Source of the DNA: Hypanus sabinus
Taxonomy: Eukaryota
DNA length: 64,000 nucleotides
Reading direction: 5' to 3'
Assembly: GCF_030144855.1 (NCBI RefSeq)
Contig: NC_082739.1
Coordinates: forward strand, 7,254,001-7,318,000
Shown here: positions 39,449 to 51,370 of the stretch, one piece after another
How positions within the stretch are numbered: position 1 is the first letter of the stretch
Layout: the number at the start of each line of letters is the position of its first letter
Notes under the pieces: model-generated
What the model was told of the DNA's origin: nothing
Database searches by the model: none
The model's input: the letters and a program-made list of their open reading frames with translations, nothing else
Translations under genes and position numbers: made by a program

Positions 39449-40015
39449 GGAGGAGCTGTAAAGACAGGATGCGATTCGGTTAAATATTTTGTGAGGAATG
39501 GATCCTGTTCTAATGCAGCATCCCCTGGGATAGGCCGAACTTAGCATCATTCAGTGAGAGTCCTGCAGAGTCAGCATTCCAGCTCGCTGCATTGGCCTCT
39601 GATTGATGCAGCGATTGGAGATATAGATTTTTTTTAAAGTGCAGCAATATGCAAATAGAACTGCAAAGGGAAAAGGCACAACTGCAAGATGACAGAAGCA
39701 GAAAAACTGGTGCAGTTCAGGGAGCTGAATGAAACCTGCATCATCAGGGCTGGTCATACCAGAGGCCTTTTCAAAAAGGGTGGTCTACCAACCAGATCCC
39801 AGACATTTCTGCTTCTCTCTCCTACTTAGAAATATTAAGTTTATTATTAACTTGAGTATTTAAGTATTACTACTACCATTAGGCAGGAGGTACAGGAGCC
39901 TTAGGTCCCACGCCACCAGGTTCATGAACAGTTATTACTCTTCAACCATCAGGCTCCTGAACCAGCGAGGATAACTTTACTCACCTCAATTCTGAACTGA
40001 ATCCACAACCTAAGG

Positions 40016-40225
40016 AACACACACAAAATGCTGGTGGAATGCAGCAGGCCAAGCAGCATCTATAGGGAGAAGTACAGTCGACATTTTGGGTCCTACTGAT
40101 GAAGGGTCTCGGCCCGAAACGTCAACAGTGCTTCTCCTTACCTGGCCTGCTGCATTCCACCAGCATTTTGTGTGTGTTGCTTGAATTTCCAGCATCTGCA
40201 GATTTCCTCGTGTTTGCGTTTTTAT
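40016..40225. mobile_element. Fold-back Penelope-derived insertion with 15-bp TSD, inside a Rex/Babar-type LINE tail (39875-40445)
   Basis: TSD ATCCACAACCTAAGG at 40001-40015 and 40226-40240; the element's left arm is the reverse complement of its right part. Confidence 0.85.
40096..40123 (+). ncRNA. Minimal hammerhead ribozyme core (best-preserved copy)
   Basis: CUGAUGA 40096-40102, extra A, helix II GGGU-CUCG-GCCC, GAAA 40116-40119, palindromic ACGU, cleavage triplet GUC 40121-40123. The helix I 5' strand is disrupted by the inversion junction. Confidence 0.7.
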
Positions 40226-40446
40226 ATCCACAACCTAAGGACTCACTTTCAAGGTCTATACAACTCATGTTCTCAGTATTAATTATTTATTTTTAAAAAA
40301 TTTATTATTAGCTCTATTTGTCCTCTTTTGCACATTGGATGTTTGTCAGTCTTTGTTATGTATAGATTTTCATAAATTCTATTTATTTATTTTCCTGTAA
40401 ATGCCTATAAGAAAATGAATCTCAGGGTAATAAATGCTAACATATA

Positions 40447-41206
40447 GTGGCAGTCCTTCAGATTCAAAGAAGTCATGATGCTGTGCAGTTCATCTGTGGA
40501 CACGGAGGTGGCTCTGCGGTCCCAGTCTGGAAGCACAGAGTCTAGCACAATGGTGGCACTAGAAGTCCGTTGTGGTAATAATTGTGGCTGCTGTTCTGTG
40601 ATGCCACTCATGGTTTTCCATCAGTTTTTGGCAGTGTCTGTCTTCAAAATTGGTGTCGGCTTCTTAGCACAGGGCTCGCCAATGGGTTCTGTCAGCTTCT
40701 AGTTCCCTTGGCTGGATGTCACAGTAGCGTAGGGTTTCCTTCACCGTGTCTTTGTAGCACTTGTGTGGACGACTTTGAGGTCTCTTTCCGGTCTCCAGTT
40801 CACCACAGAGCAGCTGGCGAGGCAAACGGTGGTCATCCATTCTGATGACCTGTCCCACCCACCGCATCTGGGCTCTGATGATCAGGGACTCAATGCTGGT
40901 GGACTCCGCGTGATCCAAGACCTCCAGCTTGGAGACACGGTCTTGCCAACGAATGCCAAGGATGGAGTAGAGGGCGCACATGTGAAATTTCTCCAGTTGT
41001 TTGATGTGTCATCGGTACAGAGTCCGGGTCTCACATCCATACAGGAGAGAAGGGATGACCACAGCTCTGTAGATTTTCAGCTTTGTGGAGTTGAGGACGT
41101 TGTGTTGATTGAGCACTCTGGTACGCAGCCTCCCCGGAGCCTGGCTGGCCTTACTGATCCTGGAGTCAATTTCTTTGTCCAAAGAAATTGACTCAATTCT
41201 TTGTCC
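40447..41206 (-). mobile_element. RTE LINE 3' fragment ending just upstream of the SCN2B exon 2 acceptor
   Basis: KEIDSRISKAS..TKLKIYRAVVIPSLLYGCET; RWVGQVIRMDDHRLPRQLLCGEL. Confidence 0.9.
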
Positions 41207-41262
41207 TAACGCTAAAGAAAGATCTGGTTTTTGATTGCCTGTTTTCCTTTTGCTCCCTGTAG

Positions 41263-41429
41263 TCCGCCTCGGATCTGGGATGGAAGTCACAGTTACACCC
41301 AATGTTGTCAAGCTGAATGGGACATCAGCCAAACTGACCTGCACCTTTAACTCATGTTACGATGCCAGTGAGAAGCAGTTCTCCTTAAACTGGACCTATC
41401 AGGAATGTAATAACTGCTCAGAAGATCTC
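41263..41429 (+). CDS. SCN2B: SCN2B exon 2 (Ig V-set N-terminal half)
   Basis: Pyrimidine tract plus AG at 41261-62, donor GTAAGT at 41430, 167 nt. Encodes MEVTVTPNVVKLNGTSAKLTCTFNSCYDASEKQFSLNWTYQECNNCSEDL with the SCN2B hallmarks CTFNSCY, KQFSLNWTYQECNNCSE and three N-glycosylation sequons. Confidence 0.97.
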
Positions 41430-42149
41430 GTAAGTGTTCTGTATTTTATGGTTCAGTATTTGATTCAAAAGTGCTGAACAGTAAACATGGCTGGATTAAT
41501 TGCTGAGGCACAGTGAGATAGATTACTGAATCCAACAACTACTTAAAGTGATCGAGGACTCACTGAAGGACACCTAGAATGATAGCAGTGTTTTTCCTTC
41601 AGCTGAATCAACATTCTGCGCAGTTAGATGTCAAGAACTCCTCAGTTCACCAATAAATGGGTTGGTGATAATTTGCTCAGTTAATCCATTCCCGAATTTG
41701 TAAGAGATTTATAAAAGGAACTAACAGAAATTTGCCAAACTTTACTATTCCAGCACATAAAAAATCAATGATAAAGAAGTATTAATATCAAAATGTAATC
41801 TTGGTAAATTGTTTAGTTACTTGTGTTGTGCTCAGTTGACCAATGGTAGGATTCTTGCCCGTGTGTCAAGAGATTAAGGCAATATTTATTGCTGCCTTCA
41901 ATTTGAAAGTGGTTGTCTCACCAGATGAAGAATTTGGTAAGATTTTTAAACATAAAATAGGAAATTTGATATTTGAAATGATAGATTAAATTTCTTTAAG
42001 ATATCCTTTATTAGTAAATGTACTAAAAGTGGTGTGTCACCAGCATCATCAAAATGGCCTACTTCTCTGGTGAAATTTATGTAAATTCTTAATTATTCAG
42101 AGGAAGTTGCAAAGCCAGAATTTAGACACAGAGACATAGACAAAGACTC

Positions 42150-42960
42150 AGGGAGCATGGAAAATAGGACCATAAAACAAAGGAGCAGAATTAGGCCATT
42201 TGGCCCATCAAGTTTTCTCCGCCATTCCACAATGGCTGATTTATTATCCCTCTCGACCTCATTCTCCTGCCTTCTCCCCGTAACCTTTGATGCCCTGACT
42301 AATCAAGAACCTATCAACCGCAGCTTTAAACGTACCCTTTGACCCACAATGTTGTGCTGAACCAGCTAAAAAGTAGTTATTTTTAAAACCCAAACACTAA
42401 TCCCTCCAACCTACGCAATGTCCATATCCCTCCATCTTCCTTGCATCATCTCTTAAAAGCCTCTAATGTATTTGCCTCTACCACAATATCAGGCATCCAT
42501 GACTCTCTGAGTAAAAATCTTACCCCTCACATCCCCTTTGAGCCTACCCCTCTCACCTTCAATGGATGCCCTCTGGAATTAGACATATCAACCCTAGGGA
42601 AAAGATATTCCCTGTCTACTCTATCTATGCCTCTAATAATCTAATAAACCTATCAGATCTCCCCACAGCCTCTGCCACTTCAGAGAAAATGACCCAAGTT
42701 TGTCTACCCTCTCATGATAACACATGCCCTCTAAACCAGGCAGCATCCTGGTGAACCTCTTCTGCATCCTCTCCAAAGCCTCAACATCCTTCCTATAGCG
42801 GGGCGACCAGAACTGTATGCAATACTCCAGATGTGGCCTAACCAGTTTTATAAAGTTGCAACATAACTTCTTGACTTTTGAACTCAATGCCTCGACTTAT
42901 AAGAGCAAGCAATCCATAAGCTTTCTTAACCACCTTATCAACCTGTTCAGCCACTTTCAA
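42150..42960 (-). mobile_element. Stacked CR1 3' fragments
   Basis: RPHLEYCIQFWSPRYRKDVEALERMQKRFTRMLPGL on the minus strand. Confidence 0.85.
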
Positions 42961-43531
42961 ATATACTTATCTCTGGCAGCAAAAGTAAACCGTTTCTCTT
43001 TCCATAGATGCTGCTTTACATAACAGTTTCCAGTTTATATTTCAGATGTTCAGTATCAGTTGTATTTATTTGCTTTTACTTACTGAGCCATTTCTGAATG
43101 TAGTTAAAAGTTGACTACATTACTGAAGGTCTGCAGGCACACACAACTCCACACCAGGGAAATACCCTGACTTCATACTTTAAAGGGTATCAGTGAAGCA
43201 GATAGGATTTTGCAGAAAATCAGTAATTTCTCAGTCACCGTTGCTGTTACTAGCTTTTAAATCCAATTTATTGAATTTTCATGGAACTATAGAAAAACAG
43301 GCCTCTAAGCCCCACCAAGTTCGTGAAGACATAGAGACCCATTTATATAACAATCTTACCTGAACCCTTTTTGTTCCCCTCATATTCCGATCAAAGCCTT
43401 TATCCCAGGCTGTCAATGAGTAATACCAAAGGACATCGTCTTTTTAGCTCCACTATGGACAGTTGCAAGCATGACTGTGGAAGAGGAGGGCTGGGCATGG
43501 GGCTAGCTAACCCATCCCATTAAAAACCTAG

Positions 43532-43783
43532 TGTTATGTTTGGTAATTCCAAAGCATAAAACTAATTGAAAGCAAAAAATAGCAGAGCCAGAAATGTGTG
43601 TCTTAGTTTCATCTTCTAACTTTAAGCAAGGCGCACACTTGTGACGTGGTGGCATAATGACGTATGCCATTCACGTACTTTTACGTATGAACTGCAATGA
43701 ATTATTTTAACAAACAAAGAAAGCTTAATCAATCCATATTTATAATATTACTCAAATGTTACTGAACTACTAAATACACAACA
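43532..43783. mobile_element. Solo LTR-like insertion (252 bp) nested in a non-autonomous retroelement
   Basis: TGTTATG...ACACAACA ends; the flanking repeat appears to continue on both sides; TSD degenerate (CCTAG / TTCAG). Confidence 0.5.
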
Positions 43784-44826
43784 TTCAGTGCTACAAAACA
43801 CCAACAGAATCTCCAAAGACCTCACTCCTGGGAGAGAAAGGATATGCAAAGAAAATGGGCTACAGCTGGGGAAAACTTAAAAAACCTGACTAGGGCAAAG
43901 GCCTCTGGGAGCTGCTGTTGCTGGCCTGTGCTCCAGTATTGGGTAATGGGCTTAAAGCTAAATTGTTTTAAACTGAGTGGAGGAATGTTTAGAGGTGGGG
44001 TTTGTTTTCCACACAGAATGGTAGGTGCTTGCAAAGCACTGCCAGGGGTGGTGGTAGAGGCAGATACTTCAGGGGCATTTAACAGACTCATAGATAGGCA
44101 TATGGGGCAGCATAGTAGCATAGTGGTTAGCATAAAGCTATTACTGCCCCAGCGACCCATGCTCAATTCCTGCCACTGTCTGTAAGGAGTTTGTACTTTC
44201 TCCCCGTGATCATGTGGGTTTCCTCCAGATGCTCCAGTTTCCTCCCACATTCCAAAGACATTCTCGTTGGTAGGTTAATTGGTCATTGTAAATTATCCCA
44301 TGATTAAGATCGGATTGAATAGGCAGATTGCTGGGCTTTGGGAGGAAACTGGAGCACCAGAGAAAAATCTATTTAGTCACAGGGAGAATGGGTAAACTAT
44401 TCACAGATACAGCCTGAGGCCAGGATCAAACCTGGGTCACTGAAGGTGTGAGGCAACAGCTGAAACACTAGCCGCCCCACCCCCCCCCCCCCCCCCATCC
44501 CCTGGTGGGACCATCTGACTAAATTATTGATAAAAACATGCATATGGTTCAGCAGCCATTGGACAACCTCGTTCTAGGAGCAACCACCTGGAAAGTGGGA
44601 GGGGGAGGATCAGAGAGGAAAAGGAAGAGGGCTGGGGACATGAAGGATGAGGGAAAGAAGTGCAAAAGTCTGAGGGAAATAGTAAAGGAAAGGGAGGTAG
44701 GAATGTTGAGGGAGAGCCATCTCAAGCAGGCTAGCAGGGCTGAGAGAATGTGGGTGAAATTGTGTGTTTGTGAGTGTGTATAAATACATGAGTGTATACA
44801 TATGAGTGTGCATGTGTATATACATA

Positions 44827-44829
<3 letters not shown>

Positions 44830-44865
<36 letters not shown>
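44830..44865. repeat. (TG)17 microsatellite within a longer TG/TA-rich tract
   Basis: Read directly from the sequence. Confidence 0.95.
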
Positions 44866-44875
<10 letters not shown>

Positions 44876-44884
44876 TCTGTGCTG

Positions 44885-46325
44885 CAGAGACTGGTTGCTG
44901 AAGAGATAGCAGATGCATTGGTCATGATCTTTCAAGAATCACTTGATTCTGGCGTGGTTCCAGAGGACTGGAAAATTGTAGATGTCGCTCCACGCTTTAA
45001 GAAGGGAGGAAGGCAAAAGAGAGGAAATTATAGGCCAGTTAGTCTAACCTCAGTGGTTGGGAAAGTGTTGGAGTCCATTGTTAAGGATGCGGTTTCGGGG
45101 TACTTGGAGACTAATGAGAAAATAAGTCAAAGTCAGCATGGTTTCTGTAAAAGGGAAATCTTGCCTGACAAATCTGTTGGAGTTCTTCGAGGATGTAACA
45201 AGCAGGGTGGACAAAGGAGAGGCAGTGGATGTCATTTACTTGGATTTTAAGACGGCGTTTGATAAGGTGCCACACATGAGGCTGCTTAACAAGATAAATT
45301 CCTATGGCATTACAGGAAAGATACTCACATAGATAGGGAAATGCCTAACAGGCAGGACGCAACGAGTGGGAATAAAGGGGGCCTTTTCTGACTGGCTGCC
45401 AGTGAATAGTGGTGTTCCTCAGGGGTCAGTATTGGGACCACTACTTTTCACATTGTGTGTCAATGATTTAGACAATGGTATTGATGACTTTGTGGCAAAG
45501 TTTGCTGGTGATACGAAGATAGGTGGAGGGGTAAGTAGTGCTGAGGAAGCAATGTGATTGCAGAAGGACTTAGACAAATTGGAAGAATGGGCAAAAATGT
45601 GGTAGGTGGAGTACAGTGTCAGGAAATGTATGATAATACATTTTGGTAAAAGGAACAATAATATGGACTATTATCTAAATGGGGTGAAAATTCAAACATC
45701 AGAGGTACAAAGGGACTTGGGAGTCCTCACACAAGTCTCCCAGAAGGTTAATTCACAGGTTGTGTGTGTGGCCAAGAAGGCAAATGCAATGTTGGTATTT
45801 TTTTCAAGGGGAATTGAATATAAAAGTAAGGAGATAATGCTGATGTTTTATAAGACACTGGTCAGACCACACTTGGAGTATTATCAACAGTTTTGGGCCC
45901 CATATCTCATAAAGGATGTGTTGTCTTTGGAGAGAGCCCAGACGAGGTTCACAAGGATGATTCTGTGAATAAAGGGGTTAACATTTAAGGAGTATTTGGC
46001 AGCTTTGGGCCTGTACTCACTGGAATTTAGAAGAATGCAGGGGGATCTCATTGAAACCCATCAAATGTTGAAAGGACTAGATAAAGTGGATGTGGAGAGG
46101 ATGTTTCCTATGGTGGGGGTTTCCAAAACACAGCTGTGGAAACCAAGACCATGGGTATATTTAAAGTGAAAATTGATAGCTTCCTGATTGGTCAGGCCAT
46201 CGAAGGTTATGGGGAGAAGGCAGGTGTATGGAGTTGACTGGGATCCGGGATCAGCCATGATGGAATGGCAGAGTAGACTCAATGAGCTGAATGGCCTAAT
46301 TCTGCTCCTATGTCCTATGGTCTTA
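44885..46325 (+). mobile_element. CR1 ORF2 3' fragment
   Basis: NYRPVSLTSVVGKVLE, GVPQGSVLGP, FAGDTKIGG, RPHLEYY; 3' tail. Confidence 0.92.
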
Positions 46326-46698
46326 CAGTCTTACTCGGTGGTTGTTGCAGAGTGTGGGAGGATCAGAGTCATAGGGAATTTGAAAACAAAGAGGAGCCGA
46401 TGTAGAGATGGTAAAATCACCGTGGATGATGGGAGCAAAAATTGGGACGCGGGCAACAGATTTTCAGATCTGTTCAGTCCAGAAGATTGGAACAAACTTC
46501 CTGAGATAGAATTTAAGAAATAGGAGCAGGAGTAGAGAATTCCAGAAATTTGCCAACCCCACGTATTGTAAATAAATAAATCTTCATCTGAATCCTAATC
46601 TTCTACTCCTTATTGTGTGACTGTGACTCTGATTTTGGGTGGTAAATATTCTCCCTGTGTCAGAGAGCTTAAGATAAAAGAACCTTAGAAAGAAGTGA

Positions 46699-48873
46699 TC
46701 ATAATATGATCAAATTCACCCTGAATTTTGAGCAGGAGAAGCTAGTCAAATGTATCAATATTACAGTGGAGTAAAGGGAATTACAGAGGCATGAGAGAGG
46801 AGTTGTCCAGAAGTGAAAAGAACACTGGCAGGGATGACGGCAGAGCAGCAATGGCTGGAATTTCTGGAAACAATTCAGAAGGCACAGGTTATATACATCC
46901 CAAAGAGGAAGAAGTATTCCAAAGGAAAGACACAACTGTGGCTAATAAGAGAAGCCAAAGAGAAGGCATATAGTAGAGCAAAAATTAGTGGGAAGTTAGA
47001 GGATTGGGAAGCTTTTAAAAACCAACAGAAGGCAACTAATAAAGTCATTAAGAAGGTAAAGATGGAATACAAATGTAAGCTAGACAAAAATATTAAAGAG
47101 GATAGCAAAAGTTTCTTAAGCTACGTAGTGTAAAAGAGAGGTGAGAGTGGAAATTTGGACCGCTGGAAAATGATACTGGAGAGGTCGTAATGGCAGACAA
47201 GGAAATGACGGACAAACTGAACAAGTACAATGCATCAGTCTTCACTGTGGAAGACACTAGTAGCATGGTGAAAATTTCAGATGTCAGGGGTCATGGAGTG
47301 TGTGAAGATTCCATTACTAGGGAGAAGGCTCTTGGGGAATTGAAAGGTCTGAAGTTAGATAAGTTACCTGAACTAGATGGTGTACACCCCAGTGTTCTAA
47401 TGGAGGTGGCTGAAGAGATTGTGGAGGCATTAGTAATGATCTTTCAAGAATCACTGGATCCTGGAATGGCTCAGAAAGAATGGAAAATTGAAAATGCCAT
47501 TCCACTCTTCAAGAATGCAGAGAAGTAGAAGAAAGGAAACTATAGACCAGTTACCCTGACTTCAGTGGTTGGGAGAATGCTGGAGTTGATTCTTAAGGAT
47601 GAGGTCATAGTCGCCATGGTTCTCTCAAGGGAAAATCGTGCCAGACAAATCTGTTGGAATTCTTCGAAGAAACAATAAGCAGGATAGACAAAAGAGAATT
47701 GGTTGATATTGTGTATTTGGATTTTCAGAAGGTCTTTGACAAGGTGCCACTCATGAGGCTGCTCAATAAGCTACGAGCTCATGGTACTACAGGGAAGATT
47801 CTAGTATATATAAAGCAGTAACTGACTGGCAGGAAGCAAAGGGTCGGAATAAAGGGAGCTTTTTCTGGCTGGCTGCCGGTGACTAGTGATGTTCCACAGG
47901 AGCAATCCTTTTTACATTATATGTTAATAACTTGGACGATGGAATTGATAGCTTTGTTGCAAAGTTTACAGATGATATGAAGATAGGTGGAGGGTCAGGT
48001 AGTTTTGAGGAAGTAGAGAGGCTACAGAAGGACTTAGACAGATTATGAGTATGGGCAAAGAAGTGGCAGATGGAATACAGTGTCGGGAAGTGTTTGGTCA
48101 CGCACTTTGGCAGAAGGTATGAAAGGATTGACTATTTTCTAGGTAGAGGGAAAATACAAAATACTGAGGCACAAAGAGACTTGGGAGTGCTTGTGCAGGA
48201 TTTCCTAAAGGTTATTTTGAAGGTTGAGTCTGTGGTGAGGAAGGCAAATGTGATGTTAGCATTCATTTCTAGAAGATTGGATGTAATGTTGAGACTTTAT
48301 AAAGCACCGGTGAGACCTCACTTGGAGTATTGTGAGCAGATTGGACCCCTTGTCTTAGAAAGGATGTGCTGAAACTGGAGACGGTTCAAAGAAGGTTCAC
48401 GAAATGATTCCGGGATTGAATGGCTTGTCATATGAAGAGCGTCTGATGGCTCTGGGCCTGTAATCACTGGAATTCAGAAGAATGTAAGGTGACCTCATTG
48501 AAACCTATTGAATGGTGAAAGGCCTTGATAGAGTGGATTTGAAAAGAATGTTTTCTATGGTGGGAGAGTCTAGGACCAGAGAACACAGCCTCAGAATAGA
48601 GGGGCATCCTTTTAGAACGGAGATATGGAGGAATTTCTTGAGCCAGAGAGAGGTGAATCTGGAATTTTTTGCCATAGGCAGCTGTGGAGGCCAAGTCTGT
48701 ACGTATACTTAGGCAGAGGTTGATAGAATTTTTATTGATCAGGGCATGAAGGGATACAGGGAGAAAGCAGGGAATTGGGGCGGAGAGGAAAATTGGATCA
48801 GCCATGATGAAATGGGGGAGCAGACTCGATGGGCCAAATGACCTAATTCTGTTCTTATATCTTATGGTCTTAT
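46699..48873 (+). mobile_element. Second CR1 ORF2 fragment (2.2 kb) in tandem
   Basis: Same RT motifs, decayed; tail CTTATATCTTATGGTCTTAT. Confidence 0.92.
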
Positions 48874-48992
48874 TTATTTTGTATTTTTATTGTAGCTTAT
48901 AGTAATTTTTGATATGTTGCACTGTACTGCTGCCATGAAGCAACAGATTTCATGACATGTGCCTGCGATAATAATCCTGATTCTCATTCTGA
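48874..48992 (+). mobile_element. Rex/Babar-type LINE 3' UTR tail abutting the exon 3 acceptor
   Basis: GATAATAATCCTGATTCTCATTCTGA matches the tails at 58968-58992 and 62361-62390. Confidence 0.7.
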
Positions 48993-49000
48993 TTTTATAG

Positions 49001-49211
49001 TTTGTCCAATTCCGCCGCCGGGTCATCATCTCCAAAACAGACCGCTTTTTGGGTCGCGTGGAGTGGTCCGGCAGCCTGGCAAGGAAAGATGTTTCTGTCA
49101 CTATTCATGACATCCAGACTAGTGATGAAGGCATTTACAGGTGTTACGTCTTAAACCCTCCTGACCGGCACAAAGGATTGGGGACCATCCGTCTGAGCGT
49201 GGTCACAGAAG
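49001..49211 (+). CDS. SCN2B: SCN2B exon 3 (Ig V-set C-terminal half)
   Basis: AG at 48999-49000, donor G|GTATCG at 49212, 211 nt, phase 0/1. Encodes FVQFRRRVIISKTDRFLGRVEWSGSLARKDVSVTIHDIQTSDEGIYRCYVLNPPDRHKGLGTIRLSVVTE (DEGIYxCY and NPPDRH motifs). Confidence 0.97.
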
Positions 49212-50189
49212 GTATCGTCAGAAAAACCTCTCACCTGTCAGTACCTTTCCTCATTTACCATTTGTCGTAGCACAAAGCCAGGCCCTTAGGCCCACAACAA
49301 CAACTAGCACCTACAGCACTGTGTCTTAGGCACATACTGTATATATAGCTAGGGCCACAACGACTTTTGTACAGTACTTCAGTCATTTTATGTATCGTGC
49401 TGTACTGCTGCAAAAAAAATCATGACATATGTGAGTGATTCTGATATGGGTCTCTATTGCGGACTGAGAGTGGGAAGGGATCAGGGAGAGGGGAATCATG
49501 GTTGGGAAAAATGGAGGGAGAATGGAGGGAGCAGGAACCACCAGAGAAAAATTCTGTAATGATCAATAATCCAATTGTTTGGAATCAAACAACCTTGCCT
49601 GGTGTCTCAGGGCTGGGTATGTCTGCACCCATGCCAGCCCGTACCCCTGGCACTCCTCTGCCACCTGACACACACCCCAACCCATGGCACTGCACCCTCA
49701 CCATTCTTAACATCTTTTGCTCCCGTCAGATTTACAAACTTGCTCTCCGCTCCACATTGAGAAATACAGAAGTGGGCAAAAGTTTAAGGATCCTATTTAT
49801 ATACAGTATATATGCCTGAGACTTTTGCATAGTATTGTACCTACACTAATCCGATGCCAATTCCACTTTATCCTTTCCACAGAAAGAGGGAGACCAATAC
49901 ATCTGTGGGGGGGGGGCAAGGGGTGGGTATTTACAAACTTTAAAGCAGATTGTTTCCCTGAAAAGATGCACGAGAAAATAGTAGGAGTTAGCCACTTGAT
50001 CCTTTAAATCTGTCCTGTCATTCAATAAGAGCATGGCTGATCTACCACAGGCCTCAACTCCTTCTTCCAGCCATTTCCCCGCAATTCCATAAATTAAAAA
50101 ATAATTATCCACTTGCTTCTTAAGTGCTTATAGCCTCCACCGCCTTCTGTCCTAGAGAGGAAGTCCACTGATGCTGCCATTTTTATGCC

Positions 50190-50620
50190 TCGTGCCGGAA
50201 AAAGTAGACTCAGAAAATGGTGGAGGAATTCCGCGGGTCAGCATCTATGGAGGAAAATATTGTATGGAGTCAACATTTTGGGCCAAGACCCTTCATCAGG
50301 ACTGGAAATGAAGGAGGCAGAAACCAGAATCAGAACATGTGGGAGGAGGGAGATACAAGGTGGCAAGTAACAAGTGAGACCAGGTGAAAGGGAAGATGGA
50401 TAGGAGGAAGAGAGGGGATGATGTGAGCTGATAGGTGGAAGAGGTAAAAGGCTGAAGAAGAAGGAATCTGATTGGAGAGTATGGTGGACCATGGAAGAAA
50501 GGGAAGGAGGAGGGGAATCAGAGGGAAGTGATGGACATGAAAGTGGGAGAAGAAAAGCGAAGGACAAGAGGGTAACCAGGTTGGGAAGTGTCCCCATCTG
50601 CAGAATCTCCTGTGTCGAGT
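50190..50620 (-). mobile_element. Penelope-like fragment in SCN2B intron 3 (hammerhead with GAAA changed to AAAA)
   Basis: The minus strand reads CAGUC-CUGAUGA-A-GGGUCUUGGCCC-AAAA-UGUU-GACUC. Confidence 0.7.
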
Positions 50621-50655
50621 GGTAGACAGTTGCTAACAGGTGCTCTCTCTTTCAG

Positions 50656-50855
50656 TGGCTCCTGAGCGTGACTCCACCGTCGCTGTAATCATTGGCGCCT
50701 CCGTTGGTGGATTCCTTGCTGTCGTCATTCTGATTTTAGTAATAGTGAAGTGCGTGAGGAGGAAAAAGAAACAAGATAACCAATCCGAAGATCAGAAGAC
50801 TGAAGAAGAAGGAAAAACGGACGGGGAAGGCAATCAGGAAGAAGAGGAAAAGTAA
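50656..50855 (+). CDS. SCN2B: SCN2B exon 4 (transmembrane helix and cytoplasmic tail)
   Basis: GCTAAC branch motif, CAG acceptor at 50653-55, phase 1. Encodes VAPERDSTVAVIIGASVGGFLAVVILILVIVKCVRRKKKQDNQSEDQKTEEEGKTDGEGNQEEEEK*. The four exons total 657 nt = 218 aa + stop. Confidence 0.97.
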
Positions 50856-51074
50856 GGGCCATGGAGTCAGCTGGGTCGCAGGCTCAACAGCCTCTCCAAG
50901 TATTGTATTTTATTTATTTTATTGGATGTAGGGTGGTTGCTAAGGTTAATGTTTACCGCCCATCCCTAATTGCTCTTGAGAAGGTGGTGGTGAGCTACCC
51001 TGCTTAACCACCTCAGTCCTTCTGATGACACCCTCTTGGGCATTGAGGTCCTGAATCTGGACCCACCAACAACG

Positions 51075-51370
51075 TAACACACACAAAATGTTGGAGGAGC
51101 TCAACAGGTCAGGCAGTTTCTATGGAAACGAAAAAACCATCAACATTTCAGGTTGAGACCCTTCATCAGGACTGGAAAGGAAGGGGGAGCTGCCAGAGTA
51201 AGAAGTTGGAGGGAGGCATCAAACTCCACTTCCTTTCTGGTCCTGATGAAGGTTCTCAGACCAATATGTTGATGTTTTATTTATTTCATGGACGCTGCCT
51301 GACCTGCTGAGTCACTCCAGCATTTTTTGTGTACTGCTCTGGATTTCCAGCACCTGCAGAATCTCTCAAG
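51075..51370. mobile_element. Inverted pair of Penelope-like ends; minus-strand hammerhead core intact at 51137-51174
   Basis: Minus strand CAGUC-CUGAUGA-A-GGGUCUCAACCU-GAAA-UGUU-GAUGG; the plus-strand copy at 51243 lacks GAAA. Confidence 0.7.

Noticed and set aside
39584-39618. 9-bp hairpin with two ATTGG boxes in TE-free intron sequence
   Set aside because: Short enough to occur by chance in 64 kb; no supporting evidence.
44549-44935. His-Thr repeat ORFs
   Set aside because: Translation of the (TG)n microsatellite.
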